DNA from: Actinomycetota bacterium
GTDB lineage: Bacteria > Actinomycetota > Actinomycetes > Nanopelagicales > Nanopelagicaceae
Direction: 5' to 3'
DNA length: 64,000 nucleotides
Assembly: GCA_046052005.1 (NCBI GenBank)
Contig: JBJONC010000002.1
Location: forward strand, 7,018-71,017
Shown here piece by piece: positions 8,717-19,093 of the stretch. Both the position numbers and the translations under genes were made by a program. The notes beneath the pieces are model-generated. The model saw only the letters and a list, made by a program, of their open reading frames with translations. It had not been told where the DNA came from and made no database searches. The first letter of the stretch is position 1, and each line of letters starts with the position of its first letter.

Positions 8717-10912
8717 CTATAGCGGCGCTACGCCGGTGATGCGTGGAATTCTGAAGGATTGAACCTCTCCCGTTGCATGATCCTTGGCAATTAGGGCTCC
8801 AGCGCTAATGCGAATGGGATCAATAATTCGATGAGTTACTCCACCATTGTTATCGGCATAGCCAATCGACAAGGTCTTTTCTTCAGCAATAAATTGGTTA
8901 AGAACTTCCATTGTTTCATTGGCGGTTGTGCGAGGTAGCTGACCTAAAGCTTCGCTTGCAACCTGTCGAAGCTTTGATTGACGATGCGTAGATTTTTCAC
9001 CAGTTCGCAAAACTCGAATAGCTGCACTAATTACTTCTGGCGTTGGTTCCTCAATCTCACCAATGATTCGTGGAGGCCTTGGCTTTGCTATTGAACGATT
9101 TGATTTAGGGCCGGTAAGAATCATTCCATTGGCGGATTCGCCAGCGGGTAGATATCCAGCTTCACGCAATACTCGCATCGCATCAGTTGCATCCATGTCA
9201 CATATGACAACTTCAGGAGCAATTCGACGGAGCGAAAGAATTTCAAGCTTCTTGTCATTCATGATCTGGGAAATCAAAGCAGTATCTTCACAACGAATAA
9301 ATGAAGATGTATTACCAACTCGCAACTTTCCATGTTTCTTGGCAACATCTGCGATCAAATACTCCAGCGGTTGTGGCATCGGAGTCTTTGATGTCTTTGC
9401 AAGGAAGCTCTTGATTTCATCACCTGTCTTGCCATGATCCAAAGCTCTGCGAATCGTTGCTTCAGTAAATCGGTAAACAGTTGCGCCACCGCGACTTTCA
9501 ATCTCAGCCATCATTGCTAAAGCTTGCGAGATTTCATGTTCCAAAGGTCCAGGAGCAATCGCGGTGTTGTCACTCTGAATCAAAATGTGATCAACAGTCT
9601 TCGGAAGATCCTCGTTGATTGAATTCAGATCATCTCCATTGAGAAATTCAAGACCAAACTTAGAAATTGCACCCTGCCCGGTTATTCCCAGCCATTCAGC
9701 CTCGCGCAGAGTCCATTCTGCTAACTCTTCCTGCAGAGATGAGTTTCGGCGAACTGGAGCACGCCAAAGCAGCAACTCTTTAAAGCTATTCCATTCAGGT
9801 GCAAGACCTGGGTTTTCACGCAACAAATCAAGGGTCAAAGCACGCACACGGGCCGCATTAACTCGGTCCAATTCTGGTCCCAGCGCCGCAACATTCTTAG
9901 CTTCTGCTCTGCCAACTAATCCACTTACACGTGAAGTAATTAGCCACTGCGACGCCAACATCTGCCATCTATCTGCAGGGGTTTGCATTAACCAGATATC
10001 AAACTTATTGCTTGGCAAAATTCGTTCATCGGCATCGATACTTACGAGCGAAGCTAAATACGCAAGCTCAGCGATGAATGCGGTACAGGATTCATCTACA
10101 CCCAAGTGCGTGGAGATAACTTTGAGATCTCTAACTCCTAAGCCACCTGCTCGCAACGCATCTGCTGGTTCATCAGCCCAAAAGTTAAGAAGTTCTTCTA
10201 CCCAACGCAGCACAGTTGAAACATTTGCAATTGCAGCAAGATTAATTTGGCGCTCATCACGTTTGCTTCCGACAAGTTTTGGTTGAGAAATAACTCTTTC
10301 TTTATGAACCTTCCCGCCGCGAAGATGGATCGCAACTTCACGAGTAAGAATCACTGTTCTTTGATCAAGCGGAACTAAAAACTTCTTTTCTAAAAGCCAA
10401 GCAACTCCTGGTCCAGGATTTTTAATATCTCCTACGCTTCCGCGAGGAGGTCCCCACATAAGTCGCTCGAGAACCTTTTTTGCATCTGCAGGAGCATCAT
10501 CTAATTCCGCTAACTTTAACTTCGCCAAGGATGCAGGGCCTAGGCCTGCTGGTTCGGCACCTATGACATCGCGCAATTGAGTTGGAAGACGCATTCCATC
10601 CTCAGATGGATAAATCAAACCAATCATTACTAAATGAGCTAAAGCTGCTTTGGCTTCCTTATCGGTAAGAGTAATTACCTGTTTTTCCGTAAATGGCTCA
10701 TTAATCGAGGCTGCAGCTTCAAGAACTTGGTACTGCCACTGATTGAGCGAATCAATGGCGCGAGCAAGACTTGGCGCAGAACATGCGCGCACCGCAAGAG
10801 ATGCGATATCGGATGGAACGGGCGCAATTAAATCTGGGCGAGCTGTAAATAGATTTAGGAAGGCAGCATCATCAACACTACGTAGGTAGTCGGAGAAGGA
10901 GCGCATTTCCAT
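8717..10912 (-). CDS. XPB-associated helicase-domain protein (Helicase_C_3) with C-terminal WYL-like domain
   Basis: ILIQSDNTAIAPGPL, ESRGGATVYRF, PQPLEYLIADVA; C-terminal RIIDP...SFRIPRI; usual XPB partner in Actinobacteria. Confidence 0.85.
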   Translation of the reverse strand: MEMRSFSDYLRSVDDAAFLNLFTARPDLIAPVPSDIASLAVRACSAPSLARAIDSLNQWQYQVLEAAASINEPFTEKQVITLTDKEAKAALAHLVMIGLIYPSEDGMRLPTQLRDVIGAEPAGLGPASLAKLKLAELDDAPADAKKVLERLMWGPPRGSVGDIKNPGPGVAWLLEKKFLVPLDQRTVILTREVAIHLRGGKVHKERVISQPKLVGSKRDERQINLAAIANVSTVLRWVEELLNFWADEPADALRAGGLGVRDLKVISTHLGVDESCTAFIAELAYLASLVSIDADERILPSNKFDIWLMQTPADRWQMLASQWLITSRVSGLVGRAEAKNVAALGPELDRVNAARVRALTLDLLRENPGLAPEWNSFKELLLWRAPVRRNSSLQEELAEWTLREAEWLGITGQGAISKFGLEFLNGDDLNSINEDLPKTVDHILIQSDNTAIAPGPLEHEISQALAMMAEIESRGGATVYRFTEATIRRALDHGKTGDEIKSFLAKTSKTPMPQPLEYLIADVAKKHGKLRVGNTSSFIRCEDTALISQIMNDKKLEILSLRRIAPEVVICDMDATDAMRVLREAGYLPAGESANGMILTGPKSNRSIAKPRPPRIIGEIEEPTPEVISAAIRVLRTGEKSTHRQSKLRQVASEALGQLPRTTANETMEVLNQFIAEEKTLSIGYADNNGGVTHRIIDPIRISAGALIAKDHATGEVQSFRIPRITGVAPL

Positions 10913-10952
10913 AACTTGCCTACATTACTGGCATAAGTGAAGTTCCTGTTAA

Positions 10953-11720
10953 TTAGCCTCTTCGCTTACGCGGGGTAAGCCAGGTTGCAAAGGCGGCGAG
11001 ACGAACAACCAAAGGCGAGATCGCCTTGCCAATGAAACGCGCCTTACGGAAATCATGGATTGGCCAACCTTCAGCCATGGCACGCAAACTCAAAAGTGCA
11101 TCAGGATTAATTGCAGATGGATGTCCGACGCATTGCAACAAAGGTAAATCATTATTGCTATCTGAAAAAGCAAAACATTCCTTTAAATCAAAACCTTTTT
11201 GTTGAGCAAGTTCGGTTACTGCAACTGCTTTTTCTTTTCCATGAAGCAACGGGCCATTCATTCGACCGGTATACGTTCCTTCGCTGATTTCTGCTTTGCT
11301 TCCTAACGCACCGGTTAATCCCAAACGGTTTGCAATTACAACCGCCATGTCTTCAGGTGCAGCGGTAACTAAATAGACTTCAACACCTTCAGCCACCAAA
11401 GCCTGTGCGATATCAATTGTTCCTTGCCACATCGCCGGTGATACATATTCGTCGTAAATTTCTTGAGCAATAGCTTCAATGTCTTTAACGTTGTGCCCAC
11501 CGATGAAATCAGTAGCAGCATCTTGAAATCTTTGAATCTCTTCGGTGTTCTCTTTGCCCGTTAAGCGAAATCTCAGGTTGGCCAAAACAAATCGAGAAAT
11601 ATCCTTCTTAGTGAAGTAACCGCGCTGATACATACCTCGGCCCAAGAAGTAAATTACTGAACCGCGGATAAGCGTGTTATCGACATCAAAGAAGGCAGCC
11701 CGTTTGCTCGTGAGTGCCAT
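10953..11720 (-). CDS. HAD-IB family hydrolase (SerB1-like)
   Basis: AAFFDVDNTL motif I, FSDSNNDLPLL motif IV, INPD. Confidence 0.9.
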   Translation of the reverse strand: MALTSKRAAFFDVDNTLIRGSVIYFLGRGMYQRGYFTKKDISRFVLANLRFRLTGKENTEEIQRFQDAATDFIGGHNVKDIEAIAQEIYDEYVSPAMWQGTIDIAQALVAEGVEVYLVTAAPEDMAVVIANRLGLTGALGSKAEISEGTYTGRMNGPLLHGKEKAVAVTELAQQKGFDLKECFAFSDSNNDLPLLQCVGHPSAINPDALLSLRAMAEGWPIHDFRKARFIGKAISPLVVRLAAFATWLTPRKRRG

Positions 11721-11770
11721 GTCACTACCTTAGCGAGAGAACTCCTTGAGAGACGCTTTATGCTTTGCCA

Positions 11771-12394
11771 ATGAGTTCAACAGTGCATGTAGTTCGCCAT
11801 GGAGAAGTCCACAATCCTGAGAAGATTTTGTATGGACGTCAGCCTGGTTGGAGATTGTCTGAGCGTGGGCAAGAGATGGCAAAGACGATTGGCGAATGGT
11901 CTAAAACTTTGGATCTTGGAGCTCTTCACGTATCACCCCTACAACGTGCTCAAGAGACCGCAGGACCTATCGCAGCGGCACACAACATCGCGATAACAAC
12001 CGATGAACGGTTAATTGAAGCGGCAAACATTTTTGAAGGAAAACCATTTGGAGTAGGCGATGGAGTCTTGCGCCATCCAGCTGCATGGAAACATTTATGG
12101 AACCCATGGAAGCCTTCTTGGGGCGAGCCTTACGATGAGCAAATTAATCGAATGCTTGCTGCAATCTTTGCTGCTCGCGATGCGGCAAACGGCAAGGATG
12201 CAATTTGCGTTTCACATCAGTTGCCAATTTGGATATTGAGAAGTGCAATTGAAAATCGTCGCTTACTTCATGATCCTCGTAAGCGTGAATGCACTCTGGC
12301 ATCTGTGACAAGCGTTCACTTTGATGATGAAGGAATGATTTCAGGCCTCACATATTCTGAGCCTGCTCGTCACTTGTTACCAGAGAAGAAGTAA
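11771..12394 (+). CDS. Histidine phosphatase family protein
   Basis: VRHGEVHNP, SPLQRAQET, VSHQLPI; start ATG 11771 is 6 nt after TATGCT. Confidence 0.9.
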   Translation: MSSTVHVVRHGEVHNPEKILYGRQPGWRLSERGQEMAKTIGEWSKTLDLGALHVSPLQRAQETAGPIAAAHNIAITTDERLIEAANIFEGKPFGVGDGVLRHPAAWKHLWNPWKPSWGEPYDEQINRMLAAIFAARDAANGKDAICVSHQLPIWILRSAIENRRLLHDPRKRECTLASVTSVHFDDEGMISGLTYSEPARHLLPEKK

Positions 12395-12930
12395 TGAAAA
12401 AGATCGCCGCATTTATAGTTCTTGCATTTGCATTAACTGCATGTGGCGGCGGTGGAAGTTCTAGCGCTGAAGAGAGTTTTGTTTCTGGTGACGGATCAAC
12501 AACATACATAAAGAGTGTTGATCGAAAGATTGCACCAGCAATTACCGGCATGACTTTGTCGGGTGAAAACTACACATATGGAAAAGACCGCGTTGCAGTT
12601 GTTAACGTTTGGGCATCCTGGTGTTCTCCATGCAGAGCTGAAGCACCAACTTTGGTTGCGTTGGCTAACAAGTACACCGAAGTCGCATTCATCGGAATCT
12701 TGACTCGAGATAATCCTGCCAACGCAGAAGCTTTCGAACGTCGATTCAAGATTCCATATCCAACGGTTATTGATGACTCAATTCTTATTGGTTTTAAAGG
12801 CTCGCTGCCCGCAAACGCCATTCCTACAACGGTAATTCTCGATAAAAAAGGACGTGTAGCTGCGCGAATCTCAGGGGCAGTAACTGTCGCATCATTAACC
12901 GAACTCATTGAAAAGGTTTCCGCAGAATGA
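12394..12930 (+). CDS. TlpA/ResA-like thiol-disulfide oxidoreductase lipoprotein
   Basis: Lipobox LTAC; NVWASWCSPCRAEAP. Confidence 0.92.
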   Translation: MKKIAAFIVLAFALTACGGGGSSSAEESFVSGDGSTTYIKSVDRKIAPAITGMTLSGENYTYGKDRVAVVNVWASWCSPCRAEAPTLVALANKYTEVAFIGILTRDNPANAEAFERRFKIPYPTVIDDSILIGFKGSLPANAIPTTVILDKKGRVAARISGAVTVASLTELIEKVSAE

Positions 12931-13652
12931 GAGATTTCTTTGTAGACCAGATTTTTTCAGGGTTTGTTGTTACCGCTTTTCCTTTCGCATTCATAGCCGG
13001 CGTAATTTCATTCCTGTCACCATGTGTACTGCCACTTGTTCCTGGATACCTTTCTTTTGCAGCAGGTTTTTCAGTTAGTCGCGGAAAAGTTTTGCTTGGA
13101 TCACTCTTATTTGTTTTGGGCTTTAGCTTGGTCTTTATTTCCTATGGCGCACTATTTGGAGGATTAGGAAACCAGCTTTCAGCAAATGAAGAGTTCATCT
13201 CTCGGATCCTAGGAATTCTTACAATCTTCTTAGGCTTTGTTTTCTACGGACGATTCCCTTTTTCTCCAACTATTCGTCCAAAAATGCGCACGACCGGTGG
13301 TTTGCTAGGCGCACCAATGCTCGGCGTTTTATTTGGAATTGGTTGGACACCATGTATCGGGCCGGCACTTGCTGCGGTACAAACCTTGGCTTTTCAAGAG
13401 TCCAGCGCGGTACGCGGTGCAATTCTTTCATTTGGATACTGCCTTGGTCTTGGATTGCCATTCATCCTGTCTGGTTTATCGATGGACAAGTCAGCCAAAC
13501 TGCGATCCTTGATTTATCGTCGCGGTGATGCAATTTCAAAGATCGGCGGGTTATTCCTAATCGCGATTGGTCTTTTGCAAGTTCTAGGTTTCTGGAGTCA
13601 GTTAATGAACTCGCTTCGAACACTTATCTCTGACTTTATTCCGGTGATCTAA
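12927..13652 (+). CDS. ccdA: Cytochrome c biogenesis protein CcdA
   Basis: SFLSPCVLPLVPGYL and GWTPCIGP. Confidence 0.95.
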   Translation: MRDFFVDQIFSGFVVTAFPFAFIAGVISFLSPCVLPLVPGYLSFAAGFSVSRGKVLLGSLLFVLGFSLVFISYGALFGGLGNQLSANEEFISRILGILTIFLGFVFYGRFPFSPTIRPKMRTTGGLLGAPMLGVLFGIGWTPCIGPALAAVQTLAFQESSAVRGAILSFGYCLGLGLPFILSGLSMDKSAKLRSLIYRRGDAISKIGGLFLIAIGLLQVLGFWSQLMNSLRTLISDFIPVI

Positions 13653-15121
13653 TGAGCGACCAGACACAATTACCAGAGCTCGATAGCGTGGGTTTGCTGC
13701 GTTATGCGTGGAGACAACTAACCAGCATGCGAACAGCGTTGATTCTCTTGCTTTTGGTGGGAATTGCAGCGATCCCAGGATCTTTAGTTCCACAAAGAAC
13801 TCAAAATCCTCTGCAGGTAACTCAATATTTCAAGGATTCTCCTGATTTAGCACGGTGGATGGATCGTTTTTACCTCTTCGATGTCTATGGCTCGCCATGG
13901 TTTAGCGCGATTTATATCCTTCTGTTTATCTCTTTAATTGGTTGCGTACTTCCTCGCACCTTTGAACACTTTAAAGCTGCGCGAGCTTTGCCACCTGCAA
14001 CCCCCAAAAATCTTTCACGTTTAGAGCACCACCAAGCTTGGAGCGCTCAAGGTAATGAACTTGATTTAGCGCGTGCCTGGTTTAAGTCAAAGAGATTTCG
14101 CGTTCTTGAAGCCAACGGAACGATTTCAGCTGAAAAAGGCTTTATGCGTGAAACTGGAAATCTTTTCTTTCACTTAGCGCTCATTTTGATTTTGCTAGGA
14201 ATCAGCTTTAGTTCCTTGTTTGGTATGCGCGGAGAAGCAATCGTCAATGTTGGAGAGCGTTTTGTCAATACTCCAACAAGTTATGACACTTTGACCTACG
14301 GAAAGCTTTACCGTGATTCAAATGTTCCAGCTTTTATGTTGACTGCAGATAAATTTGTTGCGCAGTACAACGTTGAAACAAGCGCGCCAGAGGATTACAC
14401 ACTCAATGTCTCACTTCTTCGTGAAGGTTCTAAGACAATTGAGAAGAAGGTCATCAAGGTCAACAAACCAATGACCATCGGAACCACCCGTGTTTATTTA
14501 CAAGCTAACGGTTACGCACCAGTTGTAACTGTGAGAGATTCAAAGGGCGATGTTGCATTTCAAGGTCCGGTGACTTTCTTGCCACAAGATGCGAACCTAC
14601 GATCAATCGGTGCAATTAAAGTTCCAGATGCAGATCCACAAATTGGATTCTTAGGTTCTTTCCTTCCTACATATGTACGCGATGGTGCTAATGGCGGAGC
14701 AAGCGCTTTTCCTAAAGCATTAAATCCTCGCCTGCTTCTTTCAGTGTGGAGTGGTGATTTAGGTTTGGACTCAGGAATTCCTCAATCTGTTTATCGCATT
14801 GATACAACAGAGATGAAGCAGATTGGTTTAAAGGGCTTAAAGCCTGGAGAAAGCTATGTTTATGAGGGTGGCTCAATCACCTTTGAAGGTTATGTGCAAT
14901 GGGTCAACCTCAACTTTGTCGCAGATCCCGGAAAGCACCTAGCTTTGCTGGGAGGTATTGTTGCGATCCTCGGGTTGTTAGCTTCACTGTTTACACGCAG
15001 ACGACGTATTTGGATTCGTGTAGGTGAAGATGTTGAAGTTGCTGGGTTAGCAAAGAATGCAGCACCAGGTTTAGAGATTGAAATGCAGGGCTTTGTAAAG
15101 ATGTTAAAGGGAGAGAAATAG
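13652..15121 (+). CDS. resB: Cytochrome c biogenesis protein ResB
   Basis: WRQLTSMRTALILL, DVYGSPWFSAIY, ETGNLFFH. Confidence 0.93.
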   Translation: MSDQTQLPELDSVGLLRYAWRQLTSMRTALILLLLVGIAAIPGSLVPQRTQNPLQVTQYFKDSPDLARWMDRFYLFDVYGSPWFSAIYILLFISLIGCVLPRTFEHFKAARALPPATPKNLSRLEHHQAWSAQGNELDLARAWFKSKRFRVLEANGTISAEKGFMRETGNLFFHLALILILLGISFSSLFGMRGEAIVNVGERFVNTPTSYDTLTYGKLYRDSNVPAFMLTADKFVAQYNVETSAPEDYTLNVSLLREGSKTIEKKVIKVNKPMTIGTTRVYLQANGYAPVVTVRDSKGDVAFQGPVTFLPQDANLRSIGAIKVPDADPQIGFLGSFLPTYVRDGANGGASAFPKALNPRLLLSVWSGDLGLDSGIPQSVYRIDTTEMKQIGLKGLKPGESYVYEGGSITFEGYVQWVNLNFVADPGKHLALLGGIVAILGLLASLFTRRRRIWIRVGEDVEVAGLAKNAAPGLEIEMQGFVKMLKGEK

Positions 15122-16012
15122 ATGTCACGTTCATGGGCTTATGCATCAAACTACTTGGTGTACTCAGCGATGGCTGTCTACGCAATCTCCTTCATCGCTC
15201 ATGCGATCGAGACAGCTTGGGCCGTAAAGGTTCCAACTGACAAGAACACAACCTTGGATTACAAGAACACTGAAAAAGTTGCACGTATCGCGACTGCAAT
15301 GATGATTTTAGGTTTCTTCTTATTGTTTGCAGGAGTAATTGCTCGTGGAGTTTCGGCTGGAAGAGTTCCTTGGGGCAATATGTACGAGTTCTCAATTACG
15401 GGTGCCTTGGCATTTTCTGGTGCTTATTTATTAGCTCTTCGTAAGTACGATCTTCGTTGGCTGGGTCTTCTGGTTTCAGTTTCAGTCCTATTAACAATTG
15501 GAACCGCGATTACAGTCTTGTATGTTCCTAGCGCTCCTTTAGTTCCGGCACTTAAATCAGAGTGGCTGGTAATTCACGTATCTGCAGCGATTATTTCTGG
15601 CGGAGTCTTCTTGCTTTCAAATGTAATTGCTGCCGCTTACTTGTACCTAGATCGAGTTGAGGAAAAGGGTGAGCGTCCACAGTGGGCAAAGCGACTTCCA
15701 GATTTAGAAACTCTGGATCAGTTGTCATATCGGCTAGTCGCATTTGTATTTCCGCTATGGACCTTCTCAGTTATCGCAGGAGCGATTTGGGCTGAAAGTG
15801 CTTGGGGTCGTTACTGGGGCTGGGATCCAAAAGAGACGTGGGCATTTATTACTTGGGTTGCCTACGCCGCATACCTGCACGCACGCGTGACTATTGGCTG
15901 GCGTGGTCGACGAGCAGCGTGGCTGTGCCTCTTTGCAGGCTCAACCTTCTTGTTTAACTACATTTACGTAAATATTTGGGGAACCGGAAAGCACACCTAC
16001 TCAGGTCTTTAG
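15122..16012 (+). CDS. ccsB: Cytochrome c synthase subunit CcsB/ResC (system II)
   Basis: WGRYWGWDPKETW (WWD domain), PWGNMYEF. Confidence 0.95.
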   Translation: MSRSWAYASNYLVYSAMAVYAISFIAHAIETAWAVKVPTDKNTTLDYKNTEKVARIATAMMILGFFLLFAGVIARGVSAGRVPWGNMYEFSITGALAFSGAYLLALRKYDLRWLGLLVSVSVLLTIGTAITVLYVPSAPLVPALKSEWLVIHVSAAIISGGVFLLSNVIAAAYLYLDRVEEKGERPQWAKRLPDLETLDQLSYRLVAFVFPLWTFSVIAGAIWAESAWGRYWGWDPKETWAFITWVAYAAYLHARVTIGWRGRRAAWLCLFAGSTFLFNYIYVNIWGTGKHTYSGL

Positions 16013-16272
16013 AGTTTGTTCAGAAAATCCGGATCATCATCTGGCGGAAGAATTCGACGCTTAGGGGCTTTACGTCCCTTTGGCTTATTGCGACCAGCGA
16101 TTAAGTAAGCGATTGGACCGATAGCAGCTGCTTGTGGTCCCAAAATAATAATGAGTAAGAGCCAACCCCATTTTGGAAGATTCTTAATCTGTGATTCATC
16201 GGTACGAGCACAATCAATTAACGCATAGATTGTTAAACCAAAGACCAGGATAACTGGAATCACTTTTGACAT
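16009..16272 (-). CDS. PLDc N-terminal domain small membrane protein
   Basis: YALIDC...NLPKWGW...PDDDPDFL motif; usual neighbour of menA. Confidence 0.85.
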   Translation of the reverse strand: MSKVIPVILVFGLTIYALIDCARTDESQIKNLPKWGWLLLIIILGPQAAAIGPIAYLIAGRNKPKGRKAPKRRILPPDDDPDFLNKL

Positions 16273-16276
16273 GGAT

Positions 16277-17125
16277 TTAGTGTAGCCCTAACCCAATTGC
16301 AAGCAAGATGGAAAAGATCATTTGAAGTTTTGCAGTTCTTCCAAGAACTGGAATTAATTCCTTACCTGAAATCCCGCTTAAAACTTGCCTTGAAATTGAA
16401 AGACTCATCGGTAGAACCGCCAAGGTAAGCAAGGTTGTGGGAATCAAAGTCACAACAGCAGCCAGGTGTGCGAGCATCAACAGCGCAACATACATTCTGC
16501 GGGCATTTTGATCACCGATACGCACCGCGACAGTTAGCTTGCCGACAAGTTCATCCTTTGGTCGGTCACGTAGGTTATTAACCGCCAAGATTGCGCAAGA
16601 AAGTGCTCCCATTGGAATTGAAACGATAAAACTTAAAAGAGTTAACTGTTCGGTTTGGGCATAGTACGTACCCATAGTTGCAATAACACCAAAGAAGAGA
16701 AAAACAGATAACTCGCCAAGCCCCTTGTAACCGTAAGGGTTCTTGCCTCCGGTGTATCCCCACGCAGCTGCGATAGAAATGATTCCAACGAGAATCAACA
16801 ATGGGGAAGTTAAGAAAGCAAGCCAAGCTCCCGCAACACTTGCAACTGCGAAGGAAACAAACGCCGCGGTCTTAACCGCTTTAGCTGAGGCCAAGCCACT
16901 TGCAACTAAACGAATTGGGCCGACACGATCGGCATCGGTTCCTTTAACTCCATCGCTGTAATCATTGGCAAAGTTCACGCCTATTTGAAGCCAAACCGCG
17001 ACCTTGAGAGCCAAAGCGGCACGGAACCAATCGAAATCCGCACCTACCAATGCAGAAGCTACGACCACTGGTGCGATTGCTGCGGGCAAAGTGCGAGGAC
17101 GCGCGCCGAGTATCCACTTATTCAT
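16277..17125 (-). CDS. menA: 1,4-dihydroxy-2-naphthoate polyprenyltransferase
   Basis: ARPRTLPAA, NFANDYSDG, NNLRD; start ATG 17125 overlaps the menE end. Confidence 0.95.
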   Translation of the reverse strand: MNKWILGARPRTLPAAIAPVVVASALVGADFDWFRAALALKVAVWLQIGVNFANDYSDGVKGTDADRVGPIRLVASGLASAKAVKTAAFVSFAVASVAGAWLAFLTSPLLILVGIISIAAAWGYTGGKNPYGYKGLGELSVFLFFGVIATMGTYYAQTEQLTLLSFIVSIPMGALSCAILAVNNLRDRPKDELVGKLTVAVRIGDQNARRMYVALLMLAHLAAVVTLIPTTLLTLAVLPMSLSISRQVLSGISGKELIPVLGRTAKLQMIFSILLAIGLGLH

Positions 17126-18170
17126 TTGATATCGCCTGCGCCAATCTCTTTCGGTCAACTTTTCCAATACCTAGCAATGGTAGCGATTCCACCGCGTGAA
17201 TACCTTTTGGTTTTGCGAAGGAACCAATTTTGCTTTCAAGAATTGAAACTAACTGGGATTTATCTACTTCTCCGACCACCGCAATATGTAGTGTTTGCCC
17301 CCACTGCGGATCTTCAACTGAGAAAGCTGCTACCTGAAGCGCAGGAAAATGTTCGATTAAAGTACTTTCAACATTATTGAGCGAAAGATTTTCGCCACCA
17401 GTGATGATCACATCATCTGATCTACCCATTACTACAAGTTTGTCATCAACGAATTCACCTAAATCATTTGTTGCAAACCAACCATCCTGCAAATCAAGAT
17501 TTAGGGCTAACGTGTTTCCACGAATGAAGATTGATCCACCTCGTACATCAACTTCGACGCCATTGAGAATTTCACCGTTGTAAACACAACCACCAGAAGT
17601 TTCACTCATTCCATAGGTCGTGACGACCTTGATTCCAGCGGCGATAGCCTGATTGCGAATTCCTGTTGCAAGAGCTGCTCCGCCTACAAGGACCTTTTGT
17701 GCAGATTGCAGATGCTTAAGCAAGTGTTCATCGCCATTGAGGGCGCGGAAAAGCTGTGTCGGAACAATTGCCGTGAAATCAACTCGAGGATATTCGCCAT
17801 CATGGTTACGAAGATCTGCGGGAATCGTGCCTAATTCAAATGCGCGAATAAAAACATTGACTGCAGCAACGTGGGTTAAAGGTAATAACAGAGACCAAGT
17901 GTCTCCGGGCTTTGCACCAATGAATGTATTTGATGCACGTGCAGAGGAAACAAGCGCATGTGCGGAAAGGAAGATCTCTTTAGGTGTACCGGTTGTTCCA
18001 GATGTGCCGATTACGACGGCAGCCTGTGAAGGGGCAAACTCCGAATTAACCTCGCCAAAACCCAGGGTCGGGCCATTACCCGCGAGAGCTGCTGTGATGT
18101 CCCTCGCTAATTGAGGAATTTCGCATGCAGGGCTGACCCGCAGAATTTTTCGTTGTGACGAGTTATCCAT
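17118..18170 (-). CDS. menE: o-succinylbenzoate--CoA ligase
   Basis: TSGTTGTPK AMP-binding motif, TYGMSET, GRSDDVIITGGE; men cluster context. Confidence 0.9.
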   Translation of the reverse strand: MDNSSQRKILRVSPACEIPQLARDITAALAGNGPTLGFGEVNSEFAPSQAAVVIGTSGTTGTPKEIFLSAHALVSSARASNTFIGAKPGDTWSLLLPLTHVAAVNVFIRAFELGTIPADLRNHDGEYPRVDFTAIVPTQLFRALNGDEHLLKHLQSAQKVLVGGAALATGIRNQAIAAGIKVVTTYGMSETSGGCVYNGEILNGVEVDVRGGSIFIRGNTLALNLDLQDGWFATNDLGEFVDDKLVVMGRSDDVIITGGENLSLNNVESTLIEHFPALQVAAFSVEDPQWGQTLHIAVVGEVDKSQLVSILESKIGSFAKPKGIHAVESLPLLGIGKVDRKRLAQAISNE

Positions 18171-18211
18171 TGCCGTCGTAGGCTATCGCTAGCAACGACG
18201 ATGGAGGAAAT

Positions 18212-19090
18212 GTGAGCAAGCCGATCAAGCGCGAATTTGGTAGCCGAGAGATTCCACAATGGGTGACCGCACCTGGTGGAGAAGATTTCGTAGATATCAA
18301 ATATCAAATGGGTGATGGGATCGCCAAGATCACCATTAACCGACCACAGGTTCGCAACGCTTTCCGTCCACAAACAATTATTGAGTTAATCGAAGCCTTC
18401 AACTTGGCACGCGACAATGAAGAGGTCGGCGTCATTATCTTTACAGGTGAAGGCACTGAAGCCTTTTGTTCAGGTGGTGACATCAGTGTTCGGGGTGATG
18501 ATGGCTACTTGGGCGAAGACAAGTTGGCGAAAAAGGGAATCGGACGTCTAAATGTTCTAGATCTCCAGGTACAGATTCGTCGCACTCCAAAGCCAATCGT
18601 TGCAATGGTTGCAGGGTGGGCTATTGGTGGAGGACATGTTCTTCATGTTGTTTGCGATTTAACAATCGCAGCAGACAATGCAAAGTTTGGTCAGACAGGT
18701 CCGATGGTTGGATCTTTTGATGGAGGATACGGCGCAGGTTTGTTGGCGGCGCATGTCGGACAAAAGAAGGCGCGTGAAATCTGGTTCATGACGCGCGAAT
18801 ACAACGCACAAGAAGCTTTAGATATGGGATTGGTAAACACTGTTGTACCAATCGCAGAGCTAGAAGCTGAAACCGTGTCATGGTGTCGTGAAATGCTTCG
18901 CAACTCTCCAATGGCTTTGCGTTTGCTTAAGGCAAGCCTTAATGCAGCAACTGATGGATTAGCTGGAGTGCAGCAACTTGCAGGCGATGCAACGCTTCTG
19001 TTTTACATGACAGAAGAAGGTCAAGAAGGCCGCGATGCGTACCAGCAGAAGCGCAAGCCTGACTTCGGAAAATTTCCTAAGCGCCCATAA
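18212..19090 (+). CDS. menB: 1,4-dihydroxy-2-naphthoyl-CoA synthase
   Basis: [26 protein letters not shown]. Confidence 0.97.
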   Translation: MSKPIKREFGSREIPQWVTAPGGEDFVDIKYQMGDGIAKITINRPQVRNAFRPQTIIELIEAFNLARDNEEVGVIIFTGEGTEAFCSGGDISVRGDDGYLGEDKLAKKGIGRLNVLDLQVQIRRTPKPIVAMVAGWAIGGGHVLHVVCDLTIAADNAKFGQTGPMVGSFDGGYGAGLLAAHVGQKKAREIWFMTREYNAQEALDMGLVNTVVPIAELEAETVSWCREMLRNSPMALRLLKASLNAATDGLAGVQQLAGDATLLFYMTEEGQEGRDAYQQKRKPDFGKFPKRP

Positions 19091-19093
19091 TTT

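Noticed and set aside
6004-10912. XPB helicase plus WYL-like protein as a possible anti-phage system
   Set aside because: This pair is a conserved actinobacterial core repair-associated locus, with no nuclease or methylase partners
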